Assembly: GCA_040752695.1 (NCBI GenBank)
Contig: JBFMGO010000067.1
Span: 1 to 33,232, forward strand
Direction: 5' to 3'
DNA length: 33,232 nucleotides
Source: a bacterium
GTDB lineage: Bacteria > SZUA-182 > DTGQ01
The position numbers were made by a program, and so were the translations under genes. Shown piece after piece: positions 8,933 to 17,438 of this stretch. The notes below the pieces were generated by a model, which saw only the letters and a program-made list of their open reading frames with translations, was not told the origin of the DNA and did not search any database. The first letter of the stretch is position 1. Each line of letters starts with the position of its first letter.

Positions 8933-9655
8933 TTAGATAGCCAGCCCTCCATTGATACCGATGACCTGACCATGAATGTACATATGCTCTTCAGCGCATA
9001 AAAAATGAACAACCGAAGCCACATCTTCCGGGGTCCCGAATCTCTGGAGAGGGATAAGGGGGAGGATCTTGTCTTTTGGAAGTTCCCTGGTCATATCCGT
9101 TTCAATCATTCCCGGAGAAACGACATTGACCAGGATATTCTTTTTCCCGACTTCTCTGGCCAGCGCCTTGGCGGCACCGATGAGCCCCGCCTTTGAAGCG
9201 GAATAATTCACCTGGCCTGCCTGACCGATTTGCCCGGAGACTGAAGATACAACGACAATCCGGCCCCGCTTCTCACGGAGCATGGGGAAGAGCACGAGAT
9301 GCATGACGTTGTAGAAACCGTCAAGGTTGGTGGAAAGAACGCTGTCCCACTCATCTTTAGTCATCCACATGAAAAGATTGTCACGTGCAATGCCAACATT
9401 GTATATCACCGAATGAGGAACATGCGCTTCAATTTTTTCCTCAAGAGCAGCTTTTGTCTCATGATACTGCGAGACGTCAAAAGAAAGCAAATCGCAGAGG
9501 CTGCCCGTTTTTTCTATCTCCGCCCTTACCTCTTGAGCGGCTTTGTGATTTTCCCGATACGCGAGCCAGATGTCAAAGCCCGACTGAGCAAGGCGCAATG
9601 CTATAGCACGTCCTATCCCACGGCTTCCACCGATGATTAAAGCAATCTTATTCAC
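8933..9655 (-). CDS. fabG: 3-oxoacyl-ACP reductase (SDR, 240 aa)
   Basis: GGSRGIG, GIARD, SSVSG..GQAGQVNYSASKAG (YxxxK), VSPGMIETDM, GQVIGINGG. Likely start is GTG 9655 after AGGA. Confidence 0.92.
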   Translation of the reverse strand: MNKIALIIGGSRGIGRAIALRLAQSGFDIWLAYRENHKAAQEVRAEIEKTGSLCDLLSFDVSQYHETKAALEEKIEAHVPHSVIYNVGIARDNLFMWMTKDEWDSVLSTNLDGFYNVMHLVLFPMLREKRGRIVVVSSVSGQIGQAGQVNYSASKAGLIGAAKALAREVGKKNILVNVVSPGMIETDMTRELPKDKILPLIPLQRFGTPEDVASVVHFLCAEEHMYIHGQVIGINGGLAI

Positions 9656-9730
9656 GATAATCCTGCATCCTTTGGTTTTCTCAAGTTGGGGGTAAAAGAA
9701 AGATAAGAATTCCAGCCTGAAACCGTAAAA

Positions 9731-9759
9731 ATCATAATCCAAAATTGCCTAAATAACAA
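9731..9759 (-). promoter_or_regulatory. Candidate sigma70 promoter of the lipid operon
   Basis: Minus strand TTGTTA-17 bp-TATGAT, about 75 bp upstream of the fabG start. Confidence 0.55.
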
Positions 9760-9844
9760 GCGTTTTTTTACCCCAAGAGCCGGTATCGGGGTTTTAAGAG
9801 CGATGCTCGTTTTGTTAAAGAGCCATTTTTACCGGAGTATTTTC

Positions 9845-9874
9845 TTGAGATTTTAAAAGAGAATAAGTTATAAT
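9845..9874 (+). promoter_or_regulatory. Candidate sigma70 promoter of the two-component operon
   Basis: TTGAGA-18 bp-TATAAT upstream of GTG 9941. Confidence 0.6.
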
Positions 9875-9940
9875 TAATCATAGTTTTATTCGGATGATTT
9901 TTTAAAGAAGAAAAACCACACATTTGCCGAAGGAAAAAGA

Positions 9941-11200
9941 GTGAGCGAATTATCAGTCCTTCATGAAATCAGTCAATCTATGCACAGCCTGAATCTTGAT
10001 GAGGTCCTGCACCTCATCCTGCAGGGAGTCACCCGCAGTATAGGCTTTGACCGGGCGCGTCTGTATCTGATCAATGAAAAGGAAAAGATACTGGAATGCA
10101 AGATGGCCGTGGGCATAGAGCAGGAAAAGATTAAAATGATCGCTCTGCCCCTGGGTGGCGAGGGAAGCGTTCTCACCAAGGTGATCTCGGAGAGAAGAGC
10201 CTTTATTATTCAGGATGCCCAGAACGACACCAGGGTCAACCGTGACCTCAAGGAACTGTTTAACCTGCGGTCCTTTGTGGCTGTCCCCCTTCTGGGCCGT
10301 GACCGTGTTATGGGTGCCATTTCTGCTGATTATATCGTCTTTAGTGACAAGGTAATCACCAAGGAGAAGGTCGACTCTCTGATTACCTTTGCCAATCAGG
10401 CAGGCCTGGCCATAGAGAATGCCAAGCTGTATCAGGAACTGAGGCTTTTTAATGAAGAATTGGAGGAGCGGGTCAGGAAAGCTACCGATGATCTCAGAAA
10501 AACCCAGGAACAACTGATTCAATCCAGCCGGCTCTCTGCCCTGGGGCAGCTTGCGGCAGGCGTAGCCCATGAGATCAGGAACCCTTTGACCAGCATCAGG
10601 ATACTGATTCACGCCTTAATGGAGAAACTATCGCCGGAAGATATTCGAAGGGAAGATATCGAGGTTATTGAAAATGAAATCGAGCGCATAAACCAGATCA
10701 TCAAGCAATTTCTCGATTTTGCCCGGCCCAGGAAACCGAAAATGGAGGGGGTCGATATCAATAAGCTCATCCTGGATACGCTCCTTTTGCTCTCTCACGA
10801 GCTCATGGAGCAGGAAGTGTATATAGAGAAGGAGCTTTTGCCCCTGCCCTGCCTTCCGGCAGACCGGGAGCAGATACGGCAGATTTTCCTGAATTTGATT
10901 CTTAATGCCGTGCAGGCCATGCCAGGGGGCGGCAGACTGAAAGTTTCCACAGCCCAAAAGGATTCTCTGGTTATCGTCTCTTTCCAGGATGAAGGAAAAG
11001 GTATTCCAGACGATATCAAGGAGAAGCTTTTCGAACCCTTCTTCACCACCAAAGAGGAAGGAATCGGTCTGGGTCTGTCCATTACCAGGAGAATCGTTGA
11101 AGATCATCGAGGGAAAATTGAGGTTGAAAGCGCCGAAGGCGAAGGAACGACCTTTTCCATTATGCTCCCCGTGGCACAGAACTATCTGAATGGGGCATAA
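9941..11200 (+). CDS. Cytoplasmic GAF-domain sensor histidine kinase (NtrB-like)
   Basis: N-terminal GAF (..SFVAVPL..VMGAI..FANQAGLAIENAKLY), coiled coil, H-box AHEIRNPL, N-box NLILNAVQAM, DEGKGI, FEPFFTTK, GIGLGL. No TM segment. Confidence 0.93.
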   Translation: MSELSVLHEISQSMHSLNLDEVLHLILQGVTRSIGFDRARLYLINEKEKILECKMAVGIEQEKIKMIALPLGGEGSVLTKVISERRAFIIQDAQNDTRVNRDLKELFNLRSFVAVPLLGRDRVMGAISADYIVFSDKVITKEKVDSLITFANQAGLAIENAKLYQELRLFNEELEERVRKATDDLRKTQEQLIQSSRLSALGQLAAGVAHEIRNPLTSIRILIHALMEKLSPEDIRREDIEVIENEIERINQIIKQFLDFARPRKPKMEGVDINKLILDTLLLLSHELMEQEVYIEKELLPLPCLPADREQIRQIFLNLILNAVQAMPGGGRLKVSTAQKDSLVIVSFQDEGKGIPDDIKEKLFEPFFTTKEEGIGLGLSITRRIVEDHRGKIEVESAEGEGTTFSIMLPVAQNYLNGA

Positions 11201-11230
11201 ACCATAAACCTATCCCCAGGCAGGTCATCA

Positions 11231-11260
11231 CCCCTCCCTTTTTACGGAAGGGGGATGGGG
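11231..11260. repeat. Intergenic GC-rich hairpin (REP-like)
   Basis: cccctcccttttt-acg-gaagggggatgggg; carries the same TTACGG loop region as the 3571-3622 hairpin. Confidence 0.5.
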
Positions 11261-11318
11261 GATTTTTTACCCCGGCCTCTCTTGGGACAGGCTCATTTCT
11301 GAATAAGGAAGTAATAAA

Positions 11319-12752
11319 ATGCCTGAGACCATACTCATTGTGGATGACGACCGAGGAATTCGCTATTCCCTGAAAAGAATATTCGAGGAAAAAGGGTACG
11401 AAACGATATCGGCCAGAAATGGCCGTGAAGCCCTGGACCTTTTGGATCGCGGGATATCACCGGATCTTGCCCTGATCGACATTGTCATGCCCGGCCTGTC
11501 AGGGCTCGATCTTCTGGAAACGATCAAACAGAAATACCCAAAGCTTCTGGCCATCATGGTTACTGCCCACGGCACCACGGAACGGGCTATCCGGGCCATG
11601 AAACTGGGGGCTTACGATTATATTCAAAAGCCCTTCGATATGTCCAAGATGTGGACAACCATCCAAAAGGCCCTGGATTTAGCCAAATCCGTCAAGAGCC
11701 CGGTCTCCTATCCTCCCTTCCAGGACAAAAACTACGCTGGAGAAAGCATTATCGGCGATTCACCCCGGATGCAGGATGTCTACAAGATCATTGGCCAGAT
11801 CGCCGGAAGGGATGTCAATGTTCTGCTCATAGGAGAGAGCGGAACGGGAAAGGAACTGGTGGCCAGGGCCATTTACCATCATGGCCGGCGATGCAATTAT
11901 CCTTTTATTTCCATCAACTGCGCCGCAATTCCGGAAAGCCTCCTCGAAAGCGAACTCTTCGGGCATGAGCGGGGCGCTTTTACCGGTGCAGAGTATAAGA
12001 GAATCGGCAGATTCGAACAGGCGCACCGGGGAACCATCTTCCTCGACGAAATCGGCGATATGCCGATCCACATTCAGGCCAAGATCCTGCGGGTGATCCA
12101 GGAGGGTGAGATCCAGAGGCTGGGTAGTTCCGAAAATATCACCGTAGATGTCCGGCTGATTGCCGCCACCAATAAGCATATCGAAGAGGGAGTCCGGGAA
12201 GGCTGGTTTAGAGAGGATCTGTACTACCGGCTGAATGTCCTCACGGTCTACCTCCCGCCCCTAAGGGAGAGAAAAGGGGATATCCCGCAACTCGCGCACT
12301 ATTTTCTTTCCCGCTTTACGAAAGAACTGCAAAAGGATGTAGCCGGGATCAGACCGGAAAGTTTGGACCTTTTATTGCATTACAACTGGCCCGGAAATGT
12401 CAGAGAGCTGGAAAATGTCCTCAAAAGGGCCATTGTGATCTGCAAAGGAAACGAAATCCTGGTCGAGGATCTCCCGGACCCGGTCAAACTGGCGAAAGAG
12501 AAAAAATTCCGGGTTACGGAGGAACATACTCATAAGCTGGAACCACTCCTTGATCAGGTATTCGAGCGGGTTATCGCTCTGGTGAAAGACGAACCCAATA
12601 TGGATGCCATATCCGTCCTGGAGAAGGAAATGATCGAGCGGGCCATCAAGAGAACTTCCGGCAATAAGGTCCAGGCAGCCGCACTTCTCGGCATCAACCG
12701 GAATACCCTGCGCAATAAAATGGAGCGGTACGGGATTTTGGAAAGTGATTGA
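11319..12752 (+). CDS. Sigma54-dependent NtrC/AtoC-family response regulator (REC-AAA+-Fis HTH)
   Basis: REC (IVDDD, LIDIVMP, TAHG, QKPF), Walker [15 protein letters not shown] loop, [25 protein letters not shown], and [20 protein letters not shown]. Confidence 0.95.
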   Translation: MPETILIVDDDRGIRYSLKRIFEEKGYETISARNGREALDLLDRGISPDLALIDIVMPGLSGLDLLETIKQKYPKLLAIMVTAHGTTERAIRAMKLGAYDYIQKPFDMSKMWTTIQKALDLAKSVKSPVSYPPFQDKNYAGESIIGDSPRMQDVYKIIGQIAGRDVNVLLIGESGTGKELVARAIYHHGRRCNYPFISINCAAIPESLLESELFGHERGAFTGAEYKRIGRFEQAHRGTIFLDEIGDMPIHIQAKILRVIQEGEIQRLGSSENITVDVRLIAATNKHIEEGVREGWFREDLYYRLNVLTVYLPPLRERKGDIPQLAHYFLSRFTKELQKDVAGIRPESLDLLLHYNWPGNVRELENVLKRAIVICKGNEILVEDLPDPVKLAKEKKFRVTEEHTHKLEPLLDQVFERVIALVKDEPNMDAISVLEKEMIERAIKRTSGNKVQAAALLGINRNTLRNKMERYGILESD

Positions 12753-12787
12753 TTTTTGTGCAGGGTGCTCATCCTGAGACTTTCACG

Positions 12788-13831
12788 TTATCTGCCGGGA
12801 TTCATCTCGATCATTGGCAATATGCCGGATTGACCGACAATTTGAGGAGTGGTTCCGTTCCACTTGGTAACCATTTCATATTGAACCAGAACAGGCGTTA
12901 TTGACTCGGCAAGGAGCTTATTCGCTTTGGCCTGGGCCTCTGCCTTAACTAAAATTGACTGTGCTTCTCCTTGAGCCTGGGCTATCTTCTTTTGTGCTTC
13001 TGCCTGGGCTTCTCTTAATTCATTTTCCCTTTGTTCCGCCCTTTGTTTTGCTTCGATTTTCGCATTCAGAGCTGCAACTACCGTCTTCGGCAGGCGCAAA
13101 TCACCAATCAGGTAGACCTTTTCAATAATAATCCCGATATCGGTGAGCTGTTGCCTGCATAAATCCTCAACCTCTTTGGTAAGCTGTGCTTTTCCCTCTC
13201 CATAAACGTACTCAACCTCTTTTTTGGAGGCTGCGGTAACAAATGCGTCTCTGACGATATTTCGCAGGTGGACATCGGTGATTTCTTCGACCCCTTTTCG
13301 ATACTTCTGGAAAAGCTCGGATACCTTGTCGGGTTTTATACTGTAGCTGATTCCCACATCGGCATTAACGGCCATTCCCTCTTTCGTCTGGAACGTAATC
13401 GACTCATCATCCGGCGATCCTTCAGCGGGGTTTTTGGTCCAGACATAATTTTGAAGGAAAGTCGGAAAGAGGTAAAGTTCTTCGTTCCAGCCGATCCAGT
13501 ATCTGCCAACCCCAACTTCTTCCGTATCGATCCCCTTGGAGGTTCCAAGCAGGTAAACTTTTACCCCCCGATAGCCGGCCGGTACTTTGGAGCAGGCAGT
13601 CATGGAAAGGCAAAGCAAGCTCAAAACAAAGATTTTGGGGAACTTTTCCGCAAGTTTTTTCCAATCGATTCTGTCAACAATCAGGATCTTTACTACAAAG
13701 AAAAATCCAATGAGCAGCGCCGCCCCGCATAAGACGGCCGTTGTGCTCGCTTTCGAAATGAGATAGGGTCCTGCGAATCCAAAGATACCTGAAATAGCCA
13801 AAAGCCATAGTAACAATTTCAAATTTTTCAT
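12788..13831 (-). CDS. SPFH/band-7/prohibitin domain membrane protein (347 aa)
   Basis: KVPAGYRGVKV, SITFQTKEGMAVNADVGISY, and coiled coil AKIEAKQRAEQRE...AQGEAQSILVKAEAQAKANKLLAESITP...KWNG. Start ATG 13831 follows AAGGAG. Confidence 0.92.
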   Translation of the reverse strand: MKNLKLLLWLLAISGIFGFAGPYLISKASTTAVLCGAALLIGFFFVVKILIVDRIDWKKLAEKFPKIFVLSLLCLSMTACSKVPAGYRGVKVYLLGTSKGIDTEEVGVGRYWIGWNEELYLFPTFLQNYVWTKNPAEGSPDDESITFQTKEGMAVNADVGISYSIKPDKVSELFQKYRKGVEEITDVHLRNIVRDAFVTAASKKEVEYVYGEGKAQLTKEVEDLCRQQLTDIGIIIEKVYLIGDLRLPKTVVAALNAKIEAKQRAEQRENELREAQAEAQKKIAQAQGEAQSILVKAEAQAKANKLLAESITPVLVQYEMVTKWNGTTPQIVGQSGILPMIEMNPGR

Positions 13832-14201
13832 ATGAATCAGCTCCTTCTTCATTGAGTAGATCTTCTTCGATTCGAAAATGGCCTGGCATAAGGAAACATC
13901 CTTTTGTATTTTAACTATCCCTTTGGGTATTATTTCTTTCGTGCGACCCCTTTGGGATTCCTTATACACGCTATCGGCAAACCGGATGAATTGTTCAGGG
14001 GAATATTCTCCGCCGGTGTCAGAGTATCGGCTTTCGCCGGTGTGGAGAGTATTGGCTGGTCCCCCCCGGGGTTGAGTATAAGCTGGTGGAGGCGCGGCAA
14101 CAAGCTTATGAGCGGTAAGCTTATGAGCAGGAAACTTATTATACGTGTTGAAACAGCCAGCTCATGAAGGAGCGGGCATGGAGAAAAGAGGTTTCCTATT
14201 T

Positions 14202-17200
14202 TCACGGCCAGGTGAAAGAGATGTTCTTTTTAGCCTGTATCCGGTAGATCCGGCTTTGATCCATGAGGAAATTATCGCCGGACGGGTTTTCAAAAAACCA
14301 GGAGCAGCTCTTGAGTAAAGTTCCATCCCAATCATACGCCTGAAGGGAGTAAACGGCATCGGCTCCCAGTTCCCGAAGGAAGGTGAAAGAGGTATAGCCG
14401 GCTCTTCCTGCCGGACAGAACCAGACATTAATGCCTGGCTCCAATGAAACCAGAAGCGGTTCGGGAGGACTGTTAGTATCGAGTACGGTAATCCCGATTT
14501 CTTCACTGTCCATGAGGCCGGAACTTCCCTCCTGGACAGTAAACGTGATGGAATAGGTGCCGCTTTGGTCTGAATCCGGTTTCCAGAAAAAGGTGCTTCC
14601 CTCAAGCTGTGCCCCAAAAGGTAGTGAAGTGGCGGAAAAGTGCAAGATGCCGCCTTCAGCGCAGGTAGCGGAAAGCGTAAACGACAGAGTATCTCCTTCC
14701 GAAACGGTTTTTTCCCCGATGGGATCGAGAACTGGTGGGGTATTCGTTCCATTGTCGATAACGGCAAGGTTCACTTCCTGTTCAACGATAGAATCCCCAT
14801 CGGAAACCTGAAAGCGAATATCGGGATACAGGCCGCTGTCTTCTGGCCCTGGTTTCCACGAGAAGACATTGCCCACCATGGTGGCACCAGATGGAAGTTT
14901 GGAAAGAGATGCCGCATAGATGAGCGGGTCCCCGTCAGGATCGGTGGCTTTGATGGTCAGGGTCAGGGTTTCCCCTTCGACGATCGCTATCATCGGATTG
15001 TCCGCAAGGGGCTCCATGACCGGCGGACGGTTCGCCTCGATGGTAAAGCCATTGGGGAAAAGAGTTGTCGTGCCGTTGGGGTCGGTCAGGGTGACGTGAT
15101 AGGTTCCCGGCGCCAGCCCTTTCGGCGTGGAAAAACTCAATGTCTCGGAATCGGCAGAGGAAACGGCTGAACAGGGCTTGAAGGCCCTTGCGATCATGAG
15201 TCCGTTTCCGATAGCGGCATAGATGTATTCACCCTCTGCCACCACGTCCTCAGCCGGGGTCAGGGCAGGGAGAGAGGCGACAGCCAGAGGATTTTGCGGC
15301 TCCGTGATATCGATAGCCTGAAAGCCTGCTTCTCCTTCCGCTGCGTAAAGATAATTTCCGGAAAGCGAGAGAGCCAGGGGCTCTTCCATGGTCTGGCATG
15401 AGCCTGCAAGATCCGGCGTGGTCGGAGTGTCCGATGTGGCCGGAGTGGTCGATGTGGATGATGTGGATGATAATGTTCCGATGTCGAGTGCCTGCACGCG
15501 GCCATTTTTGTCAGCCAGCCAGGCATATGGTTCACAAACGAGAACGTCCCTGATAGAGCCGATGGAGCCGCCAGAACCCGAAGCCCCGCCAGAGCCGGCA
15601 GAACCGGCTGAGCCGGGAGAGTTGCCGGAAAGCGGTAGGGTAACGATTAAAGAGGGCTTATCGGGGTTCTGGATGTCAAAAATGGCCAGGCCCGCATCCC
15701 CTGCGGCTAAAAAGGCATATTTTTGTGTTGCAAAGACAGCTTCGGCACTGGCCAGCGGCGCATCGAGGCTTCTTACTCCAAGGGGAGCGGGGAGCATCTT
15801 GGCATCCAGGGAAAGGATTTTCAACCCTGCCCTTTTGCTGGCCAAGGAGTCGGCTAAAAAGAGGGTATTATCCCGCATGAAAATTCCCTTTCCTCCCGAG
15901 GTATCGCTGTCGTGGAAAGACACTCGCTGCGGAGACTGCCTGTAGGTGACATTCAGCACCTGCAGCCCGATATCACCATCCATGAGATAAGCATATCCCT
16001 GGCTGATGGCCAGTCCTTCGGGCTTTGCGCCGATGTTCCGGGTCATTCCGCACACAAAGGGGTTTTTGGGGTCTGAAATATCAAGGATCTTCAACCAGTT
16101 ATCTTCGAAAGAAGAATCGGTTCTGCTCAGGACATAGGCATAGGTCCCTTGCACCGTCAGCCCGCTCACCTTGACCCCTGTTGCGCCGTCAAGCAAATCG
16201 GTGAGACTGACGATAGCGGGATTTCCGGGGTTTGCGGCATCCAGAATTTGAAATCCGCCGTGGCTGTCGGCTACAAAGATGTGATTATCGAAAACCTGCG
16301 CGTCCACGGCCCAGCCGGGAGTCTTCTGAAATCCTACCAGGCTGCACCCGGCATCGAGGTCATGGCGGAAAATTTCGACACCGCGATAATCATCCGCCAC
16401 ATAGAGGTAATTTCCCCTGATGGAGACGCGGTGGCACAGACCGGGCGTGGTAAGCTGAGATCTGACGACAGGCAAAAGGGGGGCCTCGATATCCAGAATT
16501 TCCACTCCATCTTGCATCTCAGACAGGTAGAGATGATCCTGGTATTTGTAAATCCCCATCACGAAGCGGCCGGGCCGGGAAAAACTCGCGACAACGGCGG
16601 GATTGCCCGGTTTACTGATATCGATGATCTTCACCCCCGCCCACCCTGCCGCCAGATAGGCATAACTGCCTTCAGCGACAACATCAAGCACATAAATATC
16701 GTGGGTATCACGGGTGCCCGTGTCCTTCGGGGTGAGACAGGAGCCTGCGAGAGCGGGCTGATTCGGATTTCCGATATCAACTATCTGTAATCCCCCGGAG
16801 TCCGAAGCTGCATATAAATACCGGCCATAGAGGGAAATCCGTAAGGTTTCACCGGCTATGGGCAAAGAAGAGACCAGAAAAGGGTGCGAAGGGTCTTGGA
16901 CATTCAAAATCTGCACGCCGGACCCTGTTGCCACATAGGCATAGTTTTCGAACACAATAATATCATGAGCCTTGCGGGGCAGGGAGAAAAAACTCACCGG
17001 CCGGGGGTCGGCAGGGTCTTGGATATGGAAAATCTGAACCCCGCACCCGTCGCTGCCTCTCTCCTCCTGACCGCAGGCCAGATAGGCATAAGAGCCTGAG
17101 CAAAACAGCCCGTTGGCCGGACCTTTCGTGCCGTGGGAGCCCTTCACATAGATTCCGCCTCCCCAAATCGCTGCCCGCATCCGGGGTGAAAGATTCTCCC

Positions 17201-17372
17201 CTTTGATGGTAAGGGTCGTATTTGCTCCCCGTGGTCCATGATCGGGAAAGATACCGGTAATGGACGCGGCTGGCCAGGCAGCACCTGGATGTGCCACCAC
17301 TATCAAGAAGCTTACGAAAAACACCCTTGTGAAAACCACGCCGAGGACTCGACCACACGTAAGTCTTTTCAT
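14202..17372 (-). CDS. Secreted LVIVD-repeat beta-propeller protein with IPT/TIG and two cadherin-like/He_PIG Ig domains
   Basis: Signal peptide; many GxYAYVA..xGLQIxDIxxPxxP repeats; two N.PPV....EG.TL..T..ATD.DG...LP.GA....F.WKP Ig repeats; C-terminal L.PG.N...F....Y.I.A...WP domain. Confidence 0.88.
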   Translation of the reverse strand: MKRLTCGRVLGVVFTRVFFVSFLIVVAHPGAAWPAASITGIFPDHGPRGANTTLTIKGENLSPRMRAAIWGGGIYVKGSHGTKGPANGLFCSGSYAYLACGQEERGSDGCGVQIFHIQDPADPRPVSFFSLPRKAHDIIVFENYAYVATGSGVQILNVQDPSHPFLVSSLPIAGETLRISLYGRYLYAASDSGGLQIVDIGNPNQPALAGSCLTPKDTGTRDTHDIYVLDVVAEGSYAYLAAGWAGVKIIDISKPGNPAVVASFSRPGRFVMGIYKYQDHLYLSEMQDGVEILDIEAPLLPVVRSQLTTPGLCHRVSIRGNYLYVADDYRGVEIFRHDLDAGCSLVGFQKTPGWAVDAQVFDNHIFVADSHGGFQILDAANPGNPAIVSLTDLLDGATGVKVSGLTVQGTYAYVLSRTDSSFEDNWLKILDISDPKNPFVCGMTRNIGAKPEGLAISQGYAYLMDGDIGLQVLNVTYRQSPQRVSFHDSDTSGGKGIFMRDNTLFLADSLASKRAGLKILSLDAKMLPAPLGVRSLDAPLASAEAVFATQKYAFLAAGDAGLAIFDIQNPDKPSLIVTLPLSGNSPGSAGSAGSGGASGSGGSIGSIRDVLVCEPYAWLADKNGRVQALDIGTLSSTSSTSTTPATSDTPTTPDLAGSCQTMEEPLALSLSGNYLYAAEGEAGFQAIDITEPQNPLAVASLPALTPAEDVVAEGEYIYAAIGNGLMIARAFKPCSAVSSADSETLSFSTPKGLAPGTYHVTLTDPNGTTTLFPNGFTIEANRPPVMEPLADNPMIAIVEGETLTLTIKATDPDGDPLIYAASLSKLPSGATMVGNVFSWKPGPEDSGLYPDIRFQVSDGDSIVEQEVNLAVIDNGTNTPPVLDPIGEKTVSEGDTLSFTLSATCAEGGILHFSATSLPFGAQLEGSTFFWKPDSDQSGTYSITFTVQEGSSGLMDSEEIGITVLDTNSPPEPLLVSLEPGINVWFCPAGRAGYTSFTFLRELGADAVYSLQAYDWDGTLLKSCSWFFENPSGDNFLMDQSRIYRIQAKKNISFTWP

Positions 17373-17438
17373 ATCACCCGTTCATCTCACCCGCGTAAGA
17401 CGGCGCTCCCGTGAAGCGGTTATTTTTTCGTTTTTTTA

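Noticed and set aside
9760..9773. GG-N10-GC upstream of fabG as a sigma54 promoter
   Set aside because: Lacks the TGGCA and TTGC context; a 17-bp-spaced sigma70 candidate fits better.
13974..14050. GGCAAACC motif reminiscent of a c-di-GMP-I riboswitch
   Set aside because: Lacks the GAAA tetraloop and GGACGCAAAGC junction, and points away from the nearby minus-strand gene.
17378..17437. Hairpin followed by a T-tract between the two large surface-protein genes
   Set aside because: The T-tract is on the plus strand, antisense to the genes, and the stem is weak, so it is not called as a terminator.
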